A stretch of DNA of 64,000 nt from Yuukianura sp. NJ FZ-2021 (Eukaryota). Both the position numbers and the translations under genes were made by a program. The notes beneath the pieces are model-generated. The model was not told where the DNA came from. It made no database searches and was given only the letters and a program-made list of their open reading frames with translations. Below, piece by piece: positions 1 through 24,779 of the stretch. Position 1 is the stretch's first letter; each line of letters starts with the position of its first letter. The DNA lies in assembly GCA_046563655.1 (NCBI GenBank), contig CM102287.1, positions 4,030,001-4,094,000 on the forward strand. Direction: 5' to 3'.

Positions 1-259
1 TGTCAACCCCAACTGCATTGTCTCCCACGTCGTCACTCGGAATCGCTGCAACTGATCGCTTCACTCCAGCCCCACTTCCGACGGGTGACTTGACTTGTCC
101 AGCATTCAACTCAGGCTGATTCAGTTTCTCTGGAGGCAGCATCACTTCAGGCCGAATTCCAATCCGATGAAATTCTGTGACTAGGAGAAACAGTAACCAG
201 CATATTGGAACCAAAACACACACTTTGTAGAACAGGGACCGTTTTCTTGGAAGGATCAT
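1..259 (-). CDS. 5' end of a type II membrane (Golgi-type, possibly glycosyltransferase such as ppGalNAc-T) protein; continues beyond the window start
   Basis: Frame not in the ORF track because it runs off the window: ATG at 259 gives MILPRKRSLFYKVCVLVPICWLLFLLVTEFHRIGIRPEVMLPPEKLNQPELNAGQVKSP... with no stop to position 1. Short basic tail, single hydrophobic anchor and stem. The family assignment is inferred from topology only. Confidence 0.5.
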   Translation of the reverse strand, partial: MILPRKRSLFYKVCVLVPICWLLFLLVTEFHRIGIRPEVMLPPEKLNQPELNAGQVKSPVGSGAGVKRSVAAIPSDDVGDNAVGVD

Positions 260-3200
260 GATGAATGATGCTGGCGAGTTGTGCTGATGCTGGCAAGTAC
301 TTGGAGGGAAACTTGTGAAGATGCTGGCTAGTACTTGAAGATGAAGTTGTGCTGATGCTGGCTAGGACTTGAAGACTCAAGTTGTGCTGATACGGAAGAT
401 GATGTGTTTTTGTTTAGTTGATACAAAAGATTTGATATGTTTGATTGAATTCTTGAGGCAGGTTTAGCAGTAGTACTTGCGGCAGTGGAGGACAACTGGT
501 GCCCTTGGTTTTCTCTTCCAGGGAGTATGCTGTCCTTTGAACAGCCTGTCCATGACGTGTTCTTTTCAAATACGGTACAAATTAAGTGTAGCCAAAAATT
601 GATGATTGATTGCCACCACCACCACAGACCAGAGCCACTCCAAATGTGAAGAAATGCAAGTAATCCCTCCTGGAATTAAAATAACAATAGGATTTAGTTA
701 TGATTGATGGAGTTTCTACTAAAGAGGTAAAGTCGTGACGAAGCATTCGCTTTATCACTAAAAAGTAACTTCTGATTAAAGCCTAATCTAGAAACGCCGG
801 ATATCTGTGACTTAGGTGTGAAAACTTCAACAAAAGTCTACTGATGTTAATGTGCTTCGTCCAGGACCAGGACACTGAAAACACAAAAATTTTGTTTTCA
901 CAAAAATTTAGGATATGACGTCCGACCAAGCTGCTAATTTCTATTTTAGTCGTGCTGGACTCGACCTCACTCTGTAACTCGTCAGTAGTTAGGAAACAAA
1001 TAAAAACTTGCTTTCGCTTTCCAGAAACATATTGTTCGTCCTTGGTCATAAAAAGTTGCTAGTGAAAGTTATTGGACAACTACTAAAAGCTTATGCGATT
1101 AGTAATCACGAGAGACGACTATCTGGATAGTTAATGGCCCATTGTCCAATCCTGTTCCTCACTAACTTAGGCAGTTAGCTCCTATTTCCTTTCATCTTTC
1201 ATCATGTTCCGATCGTTTACTAAAACAGTTCTCCATTTTTTCTAGAAAAGTTTCATTGTCACAGTCTGTCTGCTCGTCCGTGGTACGAATACGAAAGTAC
1301 ATCAATGTTTACCAGCCATCTAGAAAAAAGAGAGTAATCGAACATTGGACATGCCATAACCTCATCAGTTTGGAAATAGTCGTACGCAGTATGCTCCTGT
1401 GTAAAGCAAATTACCGTTACTCTAGACTGTCCCACGCTCCGCATTGACCAATTTAGTACCAAGGTAGACTTCAAATTAGCTTGAAGTGAAGTAGACACTG
1501 ACACTGCATTGTTATTTGCTCAACCTAAGTGAATTGAAAATTTGAAATCGTCAAATATGCCTGTTCCAAGTTAACGCCTGTCGATGTCACAAAAAGCAAG
1601 AATCATTGTACATTGTTAGCAATTGTTAACAAGCGGGTCGGCTAGTGCTGCTAAACTGAGCCTAATTGTTGAAATTGTTCAGTTCAAGTACAGGCAGAGG
1701 CACAAAGTCTCGTCATTGTTAACGTTAACAATTACGTGACCCAGATTTCATAACTTTTAAACTGACCGAGTTTACCGTGTAGGAAACACCAACGATGAGT
1801 CCGTCCTCTTCGCCAAAATTGCAATTCAGGCTGAAAATTTCGGAAACCACGTCGAAAACGATAAAAATCGTTCAAAAATCATAGCGAAAACGATGAAAAA
1901 ACGTATAAATCTCACATCTTGCACTTATTGTGAGACTGACTGGCTCCTTTTTTTTCTTTGTTTGTCTGTTTTGGTAGAAATTCAAATCCAAAAATTTCCC
2001 GCCTGAATGTTTGCCGTCAAAAATTTGACGCCTGTCTGAAAGCGCGAAATTTGAACCAAAGATAAGCACATTCCTCTACGTTTTCTTTGTTCACATTCCA
2101 TTTCTTACAACTCTTTTTTTAAAAAAAAAAGGTCTTCCAAAACTTCTTTTTCAAAAAAAATGTTGCAAAAATCAAGATAATTTTTGCATTTACTCATCCT
2201 TTTAGTTACTGATCGATTATATCCATAAAAACAGCTTAGCAAAGTACTTTTTGTGTGAGTGACTGTCACTCCCTTACATAATTTGAACGATTACTTAAAA
2301 GTGGGCATGTGAGGACATCTTTAACTATTAAAAAATGCACTCCCTAAATTCTTGTCGTCTTCTTCAACTTTCCATTTCTCTCACGACTAATCGACTTTAC
2401 TTGTGAAGTGACTAATCACGTAATTCCCATCTAACTAACTAACTTATAGAAGGTGACACTTTCATCTTCTTCGAAATTACTGGCAACGCACCAGAGTTAA
2501 CTCATTTAAAGTTAAATGCTAAAGAACTGTACGATAATCAACCAAAAATGAATATGAAATGCATAGTTTTAAAAACAGGCTTTGCAGATTAAAAACACAA
2601 TAGTGAAAGTTACTCGTAGTACGCATAATTATAAAGCTTAATTTTCATTTTAATTGACAATTTTCAGTTTTTAGTCCAAAAGTATTGCATCAACAGAGCA
2701 GTAAAATTTTTCTTACAAAAAAAACATATTATTGCCACTTCTAATAAGCCAATGAAATATGATGTGCCAATTCTAGATGTAATCTTTCGCAACTTGCTCT
2801 AAAACTGAGATGCCTGAAATTTGCAAATTTGCAAATTGGCAACACTCAAGGGGAAGAGCATCTCCATTTAAGTTATTCTGAATTCAGAAATTTCAATGAA
2901 GGAAAGTTAAGGTATTCGCAAGGTTACAAACTGCTTAGTCACACACTCTCTTTTACGCTTTTTACTTGGAACAAAGAGCACTTTAGTATACATAGTCAGC
3001 ATTGTGCAAAATATTGCAAGTGCGGTTTTGTAAAATGAAAATCAAAAGAAAGTTTAGGCTTGATCAAAATTGAATTTCCATTTTTGATCTCTTATGAAGC
3101 AGATACTGTCATCGGATTTCAAAAACTGAAATGCAGAAGGAAGAGATCAGAAATTGCAAATCTGCTTCACTTTAACTGCTCAAGGAAATGAAAGTTTAGT

Positions 3201-6057
3201 GCAGAAATTGGTCAGAAGTGTTTGCCAAAGATAAAGCCATGATGACAGAGGTGAAGATGTGCGAATAATGAGTTTTGCAAATAATGAGATTTTTGCCAAG
3301 GCTTGACCAACTGAAGCATCTTTAAACTTTTAATAAAGATGCGAGCTTCAACAACCCAAAAGAAAAGTGCCACAGTTGAAGTGGGAAGATCAACATACCA
3401 AAAGTACCGTAAAGCTTCCAATTTATGGCCAAGGCGCTTATTCAAAAAAAAAATCGCAAAATCTCAAAATTTTTAAAAACTTGAAGTTATAGACCGCGCA
3501 TGCTACTTAAATTCAAATTCTAACTAGATTCCAAATTACAATATTTAATCATTTCCTTTATTTGTTTTCTTTCTTTATTACAGACTAATTTTGAGAATCT
3601 TTATGGTATTTTGTGTAAATTGTTTTTTTTTAATCTTTTCGCAATTGAAACTTACAAAAAAAAAATTCCTCTTGTCAGCAACTCCATGCTACACTCAAAT
3701 TCTGAGACTGAAAATTCAAAAAAAGAAATGCGTTTCTTTTACTATAGACCGAGTATTTGAAAATTTACGGTATTTTGTGTAAATTTTTAAGATTCTTTTT
3801 CAATTGAGACTTTGTGTATCTCCCGAAGTGCAAATTCGGAGAGTAAAGAAGGATTTGGACGTAAGTTGGTGCAATGTCCTCTGCTGGTCATCACTTCCTC
3901 CACTGAATGCTGCCAACATAACACAAGGTTGAAACTAACTTATTAATTTGCGTGCAGAAATCCACTGCAAAAAAAGTTTTTGCAAAAGATGTTGCTTCTT
4001 CTCAAGTTCGCTCGAGGGAGATTGGTGATTGTTGTCCTACCACTTTTTTGTTTCTTGACTTCTGACAATTGGAACTTGACTTTGGATTATGACAAAAAAC
4101 AACGGGTTCATTTCCTTTTTCAAAATTACATTCTGCAACATTACTCAAATTCCCCAGTTATTGCCAGTTATGCACTTAAGGTGCGGAGTGACCCGAACGG
4201 ACGTACAAATACCGTATCAATTTCATTAGTATACAACTAATACCCTCACCACGCCCAGCCATAACCTAACATTAAAAATTCCTCAGCCAATAATACAAAT
4301 AACACTTAAACTCTCCAGGAATTTCCAATCACACAAAGTGTGAAAGTCCATTTAAAAAAGGCAAAAATTTTTCAAAAAGTCGATACTTTTCACAAAGTTG
4401 GGAAAAACATTAAACAAAATCAGATTAGAATTTGTCTAATGCATTTTTTTAAATAACTTACTCTTGAAACAGTGGAAGAGGAAACCAGTGTAACCACAGA
4501 TTTGAAGTTTTCAAAAATTCAAAATTTTGACTGATAAAATCCTGCGTTGAATTTTGCTCCTCTTCTTATTTCGACTTTTCACATTTTGAACTTTTTTGTC
4601 ACTTGGTTAATCACGGTGCTATTCAAAAAATTTCACGCTTCCTCCAGCGTAAGGAATGAAATAAATGCAGTTATGAAGTCCGTGCTTGTTTTAAAAATCG
4701 GAAAATTTTGAAAAGTTTTTGAAATACTTTGTTTTCAAAATTTGTTGAGGAACAGGTTGATATTTTTTTTAGCACAACAACAGTTTGGAGTGAAGTTAAG
4801 AAAAGGAAGAGGAAATTGATTGATATGTTGTTCCTTCCTGTTCCTTAATCAAGTGTGTTTTGTCCAGTATGCGGAGTACTAAGCTCCAGAACCCAGAGGT
4901 TTCTGGACGAGAGGAGTCGGGTATTGTGGAGATTGAGAAAAATCGAAGGTGGGACCGGCGCGGTGGGACTTTGCGTGTAAGCGAGTCTGCTGCCTTGCAC
5001 AAACTGAACTCAACTTTTCATAGCCACTTCGTGTGCAACTTATTGACGGGGAGAAGAAGGAAGAAGATTTTCGGACGAAGAGAACAATGCAAAAAGCTTC
5101 TGCGCAGACTCAACTTACCTTTGGACAGGTAAGAGTAAGATGAAGATGTAATTAGCACAGGTAGACACATAAGGTTAGACACAATTGAAAAAAAATTCCA
5201 AAGGAAAAAATTTCAAAAAAAAAACCTTTGGGAAAAAAAATTTTTTTTGAACTTTTTCTTTGGAATTTTTTCCAAAGCACAAATAACTGAAGCATCTTCA
5301 CGAATTAATCTGAGATTAACCTTGTAATATGCTTTCTACTAAAAGAAAAATTTCGGCGGCGCGAAGAAATTTCACGATTTCAACGCGCCGAATTTTTTTT
5401 TTCCGGACAACTTTGTATAGTACGCACCAGAATCGATTCGTAACGGAAACGCATGTAAAACTTTTCATTTTTGAATGTGCTTGGTGGAACGTACAAAAAA
5501 AACCCAGTAAGTTTAAGTTTGTAATCTTGAGAGTAAAATTTCTTCAAAATTCGAAATTTGAAAATGACAAAAGAAACTTTTTCGAAAAAAGGAGTGACCA
5601 CATGGAGAGAAAACTTTTTGGTTTGGTTTGAAACGGACTGACGCTTGCGCAAAATAGTGTCATCTTGGTATAAATGAGGAAATTCACACCTAAAGAACAC
5701 TTAAACTTAATTGAAGTTGCTTTTAAGGTGCGAATTTCCTAATTTAGGACCGTAGAGCTTAACGACCAAAAATTTCTCACCAACATCATTCGTACTTCAA
5801 TTTCGAAATCCCCCAAAAAATGAATCCATTCTCGAAATGTATTTCGAAATTCATCATAATTTAAAAAGTGAATCTAAAAACTAAACTCATTGAAATTTTC
5901 TGTCTACTAAAAGTGGATTGTAAAAATTGCGAGTCCGTGTTGGCTTGATGGTGGAAAAAGTTGTAAAAGACTAAAAAACTGTATAGCTACCATTCTTCAA
6001 GTAAATTAAAACTAATTAATTTAACTAATTAATCAAACTTAATTAATTAATTGAGTT

Positions 6058-13295
<7,238 letters not shown>

Positions 13296-14011
13296 GACGA
13301 CTTCTGTCTCCTTCACGGACCGTGAATCACGGTTACTGTCACGGCGCAGTATATCTGGAGGATGTCACACCGTGACAACTACGGTGGACCGTGTTTAGTA
13401 CCACGACCACATGCCGTCATGGGAACTTGAGCTCTGAAAGTCAAAGATTTGTGGGAGATTGGATATCCAAATCCCTTGTATTAAGTTCTTACCCAAAGCA
13501 GGATCCCTCTCCATCTTCTGCCCCTCAGGAAAAATTGACAGTATACACGTAACAAAAAAGTAAATTTTGAAAAGTACCATCACCGTTGTTGTACTAATCG
13601 CGACTGTTGTTTCATTATTTCGTGGTTCAAATTTTGGTTCGTGAAGGCCGTTCGTACCCTCAGGATTTGGACTTGGACATTCATCAAGAACTTTACAAAA
13701 GGAAAAACTTATTGTTCACAAGGCTACACCTTTTCCGTACGATCCGCCCTGACTTCAATTGGAAACTGCCTGACAGCTCACACAGTCGCTCTTTCGTTAT
13801 AGAGTTGAACATCCTCCATTTTAATTGCAAATGGGATTCAAATTATGTCAATCGAGACGTTGTGTGGAATTAATACGACAAATTTAGAGTAAAATACGAA
13901 ATGGACTTTGACCTGTTAGACGTTTGGAGGAGGAGTTTGATGATGGCAATGGTAGTGAGTTGACTTTGACTGGATGTGTGTGGAGAACGCTGAATCGCTG
14001 ATCGCTGATTA

Positions 14012-15693
14012 TCACTGCTGCGGCGGGAAACCATTCATGTCGTTCTCACGTTGCAATCGTAGAGCCACTTCTCGTTGTTTTTGAGACTTCCAGAGCCAAG
14101 TTCGACAGTCTTTTTTGCAATCTCGGAGAATCAGAGGGTGAAGTCTACGATTTAAAAAAATATGATTATTTTAAATAAATTTTAAACTAATATTTAAAAA
14201 ACGATTTGTGAACGTTCCGAAATTGGATGAATCCCGAAAACTTACGTTGCAGAAACGGTACGTGCAACGAAAGAGTGATCAGGTACAGGAACGTCGTCGG
14301 CGCTGAAAAGTTTTATCTCCGGTTTGGCATCCAAGTCAATGTCGTCATCTGGAAGTTAATTAACTTTTGGTTTGATTTGATTAATTAGTTTAATTAACAA
14401 TGAATTCATTTCAATAGAATGAAACTTTACCGTAGTCGACATGAGTAGGATTGATGTTGTCCGTTGGTGGATCTGGAATGTTAAGTGGACGGTCATCTTG
14501 TTGTTGAAGATGGTTTCCAATTGGTGCATTTAAAACTGGCGGAATTGGTTCTTCTTCGTGGTAGTACACAAGTGGATCATTTGGTTGCTTCAATTGATCA
14601 ATTGGTAAACCACAATAGTCTGGCTGAGTCGGTAGCACTTTGCTATCGTTGGCATTCGGAGTAAAAACGTTCGTGGCATTCCGTTCCAGTCGCTCATCAG
14701 CTGAACTCTTCTTGTTTTCGGTTGACACGAGACCATCATCTTTGTTAATCAGGGTTCCAGGGACAGTTTGTTCCTCATTACCGGTAATTACTTCTTGGCT
14801 GGATGAACTTTCTGGAGTGCCACCTTGGTAAAACATTCCAGTTCGACTAGGACTGACGATGTCTCGATTACTTTCAGAATCCCGAAGACGTTTCTGTCCT
14901 TTGCGCTTACAAGATTCAATGTCGACTACCATTGAACTCTGACCTGACAAAAATGGACGGCTGATCGTCGGACCGTGAAGAGAAATCGTTTCTGGTTCTG
15001 GATTAGCAAGGCAAAGTGACATGTGACTTCCAACAGCTTTTGCCTTGACTGCAACGTTACTATCGTCTTGCTGGATCTGTTGACTAGACTCAAATTCATC
15101 CAAATCGACTAGACGATGACATGACGAAAACGTTTCCTCCGACTTCGTCTCTTTGGCATCGTTCCGCTGTGACTCTTCCATTAGTTGGGCACTTGGAGCG
15201 GTAACAGCACGACCAGAACGATATTCCTCCGTAAGTGCTTCACGTGCCGGTGTAGATCGAAGGTCAGCCCAGTTGACCTGGATAAAGACACAAAACATCA
15301 AAATACGTGAACTAAAGTTAGGAAGTTTAAGTTAATCAGCTGGCAACCTACACTTCGTCCAGAATCGCTCCGTGACCCCTCGCGTTCTGGCTCCTCTTCT
15401 ACTTCATTTAGCTCTTGGGTCAATGTACTTGTAGCTTGACCAGCATCTTCAGCATCCAGAACTGATGGTAGCGACTGATTCGGAAAGAAACGGCGACCTC
15501 GACTTCTATGAAGCTCTACTGAGTTTTTGGCACTGAGGAATCGGTTGACCTGGATCGGAACGTTAGTCAGGTCCAAATCAGAAATACTTTCAGCCAAACT
15601 GAGGAGTCCGGCAGGCATGTTACCATTGGCACTTTCGCTTGACCCGTTTCGTGGTGGTGACTGTCCACCTCTTCCAGCTGCTGCAGTCGCCAT
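14012..15693 (-). CDS. Hypothetical, largely disordered protein of ~475 aa, 4 exons, no recognisable domain
   Basis: Exons 15352-15693, ~14431-15277, ~14246-14349 and 14012-~14144 join through GT-AG introns with consistent phases (0,1,2) into one frame: MATAAAGRGG...VNWADLRSTP...DDDIDLDAKPE...LHPLILRDCKKDCRTWLWKSQKQREVALRLQRENDMNGFPPQQ*. Confidence 0.65.
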
Positions 15694-16849
15694 TTTCGTT
15701 TCTTGAGATCTCTTGAACGTTATTCGATTCGAGGTCACTTCAAGTAAGGTCAACTCTTTCCTCGAAGGCAACTTATAAATTCCACCAGGTCATTGTGGCC
15801 AGCTGACGACGATGATGCTGACAAGCGACAAGAAGAGAGATTCCTTGCACATTTTTAATTTCCTTCACTCAATAAAAACTTTTGAAATTTTTTAAATTCA
15901 CGCGCGACCATGAAAACAATAATTCACCGCCAAAAAATCGAATTACTTACGATTTCAGTCTTTTACGAAATCTTTCAAAAAATCTATTTCGATTTCTTTT
16001 GAAAAATCTTAAGATTTTTATAGTTTTTATTCATATTTCATAACCACTCTCTGTACTCTGGTTAACAGTGCACATACTGCTTCTACAGGATGCTGGAATT
16101 TTTTTTGTCTTGAATTCCAGCTGTGTTGTAAACCAATCAGAACTGAGATTTTGCCTCTTCCAACCAATCAGATTGCTTCTTTTTGCATGCTAATTTAACT
16201 CGCGAAATTACTCATGCAAACCACAACTCAAGGTATGAAAGAAGGATAGTAAAATTTATCGTTCACGAATCATCACTCACGACATGATCAAATGAAGATC
16301 ATTATTTGCATGCTAAGACCTCGAAGCCAAATAAATTGCAGGATTGAACTTCTGAGCAAAGTTCACTTTTCATCTTCCCTTTCTTCTCCCAAATTGCAAA
16401 ACACGGTTTTTCGCATCTCCAAGCTCAGATTTTTTATGTGAAGATGAAGAAGATGATGGAGCAACTTATTCCTCCAAATATGTTCAACAACAATGGAATT
16501 CAAGTTTTAAAATCCTCATTCCATTGTTGATTTCCTAACATTACTCTCCCACACCTCCGTAATTGGACAATGACTTATGCAATTTCAAATCCTCTCACTC
16601 TCTTTAGTAACAACAACACAAATGGACAGACTTTGTGTGAGAACCTGCAAAAATTCAGAGTTTTGCAAACAAAAAATTCACCGTTCGTTTCCTTTGTGTA
16701 CAAAAAACGAGAGCGTTCAATTTCCTTAGGGTGTAAAAAATCTTGTTTTTCGGCTCGTTTTAATTCTGAATTTTGTTAAAAATGACTTTGACCTTTGACT
16801 TCTTGAGTTTCTTTTCAACTTCTCTTTGCCCTTTGACATTTTCATGCTT

Positions 16850-20194
<3,345 letters not shown>

Positions 20195-22097
20195 ACTTTC
20201 CCAATAGTTGTACACCTCATGACACTTAAAAATTAAGTTGAGATTAAGTTTATATTAATTAATTAATTAGTTAACAATTCTAAAATCCTAATTTATAGAG
20301 AACAACGTGGAAAACTCCTTATACTGGGGAGGGTAGTTGGAAGGACAAACATTCCAATGTGATGACGTCACAGGGGTAGTGAGCACTTGCACAAAAAAGC
20401 GAGGGACACGGACACCAATGTTTATCCCACCAAACGGCATCTTCTCGCGCGACATTCCACAGGGAAAAACAGGGTTAACGCGTACCCACCCACTCACCCA
20501 TCCAGTGGGTATTTTTCACGTACCAGTGCCACTAAATACAGACGACGCCGGAATTATAAAAAATTCATCCACGTCCAAAAATTAGAGTGCGGATTTTTTT
20601 TACAACTCAACCACGTCCAAAAGTCAGAGTACAGGTGAATTTTTATCAATTCTGGCACGTCGAAAAGTTAAAGTACAATTCCTTTTGCATCTTTATCGGT
20701 TCTTGTTATTGTCTCAGGATGATCAAATTGAATTTTAATTACTCAACTAACCTCCAAACGTTAAAAGCACATGCGATTTTTCCAAATCAGATAAAATTCG
20801 GAAAATAAGGAGCTAATGGTTTCTTTTAAAAGTTAGTTTGTAGCTGAATCCTATAAATATTATAGTGAAGTAACTTACCCTCAAAAGCAAAAAAAAATGT
20901 CAAAGGTCAATGTACCCGTGGGCGTAATACCCGGGAATTGGGTAGTCCTGGCGTGAGCTAAAGGTTCTCTCCGAAGCTCAAGATCAACTTTAAAATCCCT
21001 ACAGAAGCAAATTCCCATCCTGTCACATTCCAATCTCCAAACAACAGGGTCGCTCTAAAACTTATCTCACTAACCCCCGTTTCCCTCTTGCGTAACTTCA
21101 GTGGTGGGAATAACTTTAATCTCAACTTTTAATATAAATTACATTTATATTATTAACATTGGTGTCTGATTCAAAAACATGGTTTCCTATATATTTTTAT
21201 TCAAAGCATACTAAAATATATTATTTGATAAATACAGAACAGATATGTCACAAAGGTCAAAGGTAAACTCTTCTCCCTACTAAATGTTCATAAAAATGCA
21301 ACAAGTGGATGCCCATCTATGGCGTTTGGGTGACAATGCATTATGGTAGCTTTTAGACAGACCCACGGAAAATCCACAGCTTTAACCGCTGCTTTGAATT
21401 GCTGTGTGTAAAGTTCTTGTTCGCTCGTTGTTCAGTGCCAAACCACAGCAAAAAGAGTGGAGCTCACCACTAAAGAGTGTCAGACGGAAAGCGAGAGTGT
21501 GAAAGTGGTTATTAATAAACCTAACCTCGTCTGCTCCCTTCCTCCAACAACATCCAACTTCACTTGTTAATCAAATCACGATTAGTCACTCACTCAACCG
21601 TGTCGGCCACTACAGTTCTGCTCCAATCCAAGACTGGGTGTCTCCTGGGTCGTGTCATCACCTCCACGCACTTGCTACGTCTCCAGATCGATCGTCATCG
21701 CTATTGTTGTCGTGTGAGGCGGAAGTTGCGGTAAACAGGCAAGAAAGAGGGTATTTACTATTTATATTTTATATAATTTCATGAAAAATACGAATACGTT
21801 GCAGGAAGTGGAAGGTGACAGTCACTAATGACGGCAATTTTTGGTTTGAATAAAAACAGGTCAAACAGCGGCGTTGGAAGTCCATAAAGATTTTGCAACT
21901 GACAGGTCATCTGGTATTTATTCGGACGGAATACTCTCACAATCAGTAGAATTGCTTCAAAAGTTGCCCTTTTGAGCTGTTCATTCGGTAAGTCATTGTA
22001 AAATTAGTAAGTAGCATAAAACAGATTTACCGCAAACGTTAATGAACAAGTTTTGGTTTTGCAGTTACACAACTTCCCATAAATTCATCTGATAGCC

Positions 22098-24057
22098 ATG
22101 GACATGGATCCAGCGGAAGTTCTGGACGGTGTAGAGGAAAATGGAAACAACGTTATGCAAGTACCAGAAGTAGAATTGATCATCAAGGTTAGTCAAATTC
22201 AAGTTATGCTAATTGTTAATTATGATCTCAGCTTTAATTACGTCCCACTTAAGTTCTTCCCGGTATTAAAAAAACTTGTAATTGCAGCATGACATGACAA
22301 TTATATCGAAAAACCCTTACATTTTTCAAACCGGATTTTAATGAATAGCCAAAAGTTATAACTTAAATTAAATTCCAAGGAAAGATTACAAAAGCCGGGG
22401 TGTGGATGCATGGTCAATCATTCAACAAATAATTTTATCGTTCCCCAAACTGACGCAAACGTTCGGTGTTGGTGTCAATTCCCTTTGAAAAGCATAACGA
22501 ACAACAATAAAGTAAGATAAGATAGGTTATAGAGGATTTAAAGCCGAATTAACACCAGTACCGACCATTTTAGTTCAAGGAAATGAGATTTTCAAAAAAC
22601 TAAAAATTGTACAAAAGTTATGCAAAAGCACGACGCACCAAATTTTAGTATACGTTCATGAAAAACCCCTCTGAATCACTTTTTTTTTATAAGTCTGCTC
22701 TGCTATGCTGGGGAGATTTTTTTTTAGAAACTGGAAAACCATTTCACCTGTTGAATGCCAGTGGCATTGAATTTACTTTTTTCCATCTGCTGGCATTGGC
22801 ATGACCGACTGTGCTTAATTTTTCCGGTTTCATGTTGATGATGATGAAGAATGTATGATTGTTAATTAATCAAATTTTGTTAATTAACGCGTTTTTAATT
22901 AATTTACAGGCATCAACGATCGATGGACGGCGGAAAGGAGCTTGTTTGTTCTGTCATGAATATTTTATGGACTTGTATCTTCTGGCCGAGTTGAAAACTA
23001 TTTCATTGAAGGGTAAATTTTCCTGTTTCTCTTTCCTTTGAACTAATTTCAATGACCTTTGACCTTCACCTTATTTTTTTTTAGTAACGACAGTGGACAT
23101 GCAACGCCCACCGCCTGACTTTCGATCTAACTTTGAAGCCACTCCACCTCCGATTCTAATCGATGGCGGTCTGGCTGTCCTCGAGAATGAGAAGATTGAA
23201 AGGTGAGTTTCTCATATACGTGATATTCTGTGAACAATCAGACTCTTGTCAGCTTATTATTCATTGTGCGTCAATTGAATCAATTGATTATGATTTTACA
23301 ATCCTTTTGACAGACATATCATGAAGAATATTCCAGGAGGTCATAACCTGTTTGTCCAAGACAAAGAAGTTGCTACGCTCATTGAAAATGTGTATTCGGT
23401 AAACATGAAATTTTAAATTCAAAAGATTTTGCCTCAACTTTATTCTCATGAAACTCTCGTTTTTATATGTCTAGAAATTCAAGTTGCTTTTACTAAAGAA
23501 AGATGAAACGGCAATGAAGAATCTGTTGACTCAGTTGGGAAAAATTGATGATCATTTGGGCAAGAAGGGGTCACGATTCCTTACGGGCGATACACTTTGT
23601 TGTTTTGATTGTGAACTGATGCCAAGACTTCAACATATTCGTGTTGCAGGTCAATTTTTCAAAATTTTGAAAATATCGGGTCATGAAACTTCATAATTTT
23701 GAGCAATACTGATTTTGGATTTGTTTTGTAGGACCGTTTTTTGTTCCAAACTTTGCCGTTCCACATGAACTAACGAATCTTTGGAAATACATGTCCAGTA
23801 TGTACAGTTTGGATGCTTTTACCCAATCGTGCCCTGCTGACCAAGACATTATCAATCACTACAAGTTGCAACAAGTACGTCAAACTTCAAAAGTCAGAAT
23901 TTAGTGAAAGTTTAAAATTCTAGTCACACTTTTGATTTTGGGAAAGTATTACTTTGCTCTACATTTTGGTTTTTTTATGTTTCAGGGCGTGAAGATGTCG
24001 AAACACGAGGAATTGGAGACGCCGACCTTCACGACATCAGTTCCAGAAGGAATTTAA
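22098..24057 (+). CDS. Clic: Chloride intracellular channel (CLIC/EXC-4, GST fold), 7 coding exons
   Basis: PEVELIIK/ASTIDGRRKGACLFCHEYFMDLYLLAELKTISLK/VTTVDMQRPPPDFRSNFEATPPPILID.../RFLTGDTLCCFDCELMPRLQHIRVAG/...FTQSCPADQDIINHYKLQQ/...ELETPTFTTSVPEGI*; canonical GT-AG introns; divergent from wts. Confidence 0.95.
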
Positions 24058-24779
24058 GCGATACAGTTAAGATTGATGTCAAATGCATTTTGTCTAATGA
24101 ACCAAAACATCGTTCTGTCCAGTTCAACCAAAGTGTCTACAACTTATACCAAATTTACTACTTACCAGTGCCCATACAAAATTCAGGTATTTTCAGCGAT
24201 CAGCGTTTTCAGCGATCAGGGATCGGCGGTGGGGGAGAGGAGGGTTAAATCAGAAAGCATGTCGAGACGAAGACGTTAAAACAGAAGTTTAGATTCATTC
24301 CTAATTTTCTTCTTTAACTTTACCTAATATCGTAGTTAAACTAATTTTTTTCCTTGATTAGTTAATCATAATACACAGATTTCATTACCAAATGTAGAGT
24401 TAATTACAAAGTAATCTTTAGTTCCAGTTTAGTTTAAGTTGACTAGACAGTGGGGGTCGAAGAGTGGCAGTGTTAGTGTTCACTTTACGATGTTTCTAGA
24501 TGCAAGGATGCTAAATTGGAAGAGTTACTAATTAATTACCGATTAATTAATTAATTTAGACTGATTAATTGGTTTTAGACAATAACTAAAATTGGCAAAG
24601 CAATTAAAATGTGATTTGGCTGAAATATCATGACGATGAATTATTATTCACGCATGAACAATTTGTTTTCTGCAAATCGGAAAAACTTTTTTCAATTTTT
24701 TTTGAACATTTTTTCAGTTTTGTGAAAACCAATTTTGAAAAAACGTGTTTGGACAAAGTTTGTGCTAGATTTTCTGGAT

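Noticed and set aside
2100..6050. Short ORFs in the AT-rich stretch downstream of btsz
   Set aside because: No recognisable coding pattern or splice-consistent model; likely long 3' UTR or intergenic DNA.
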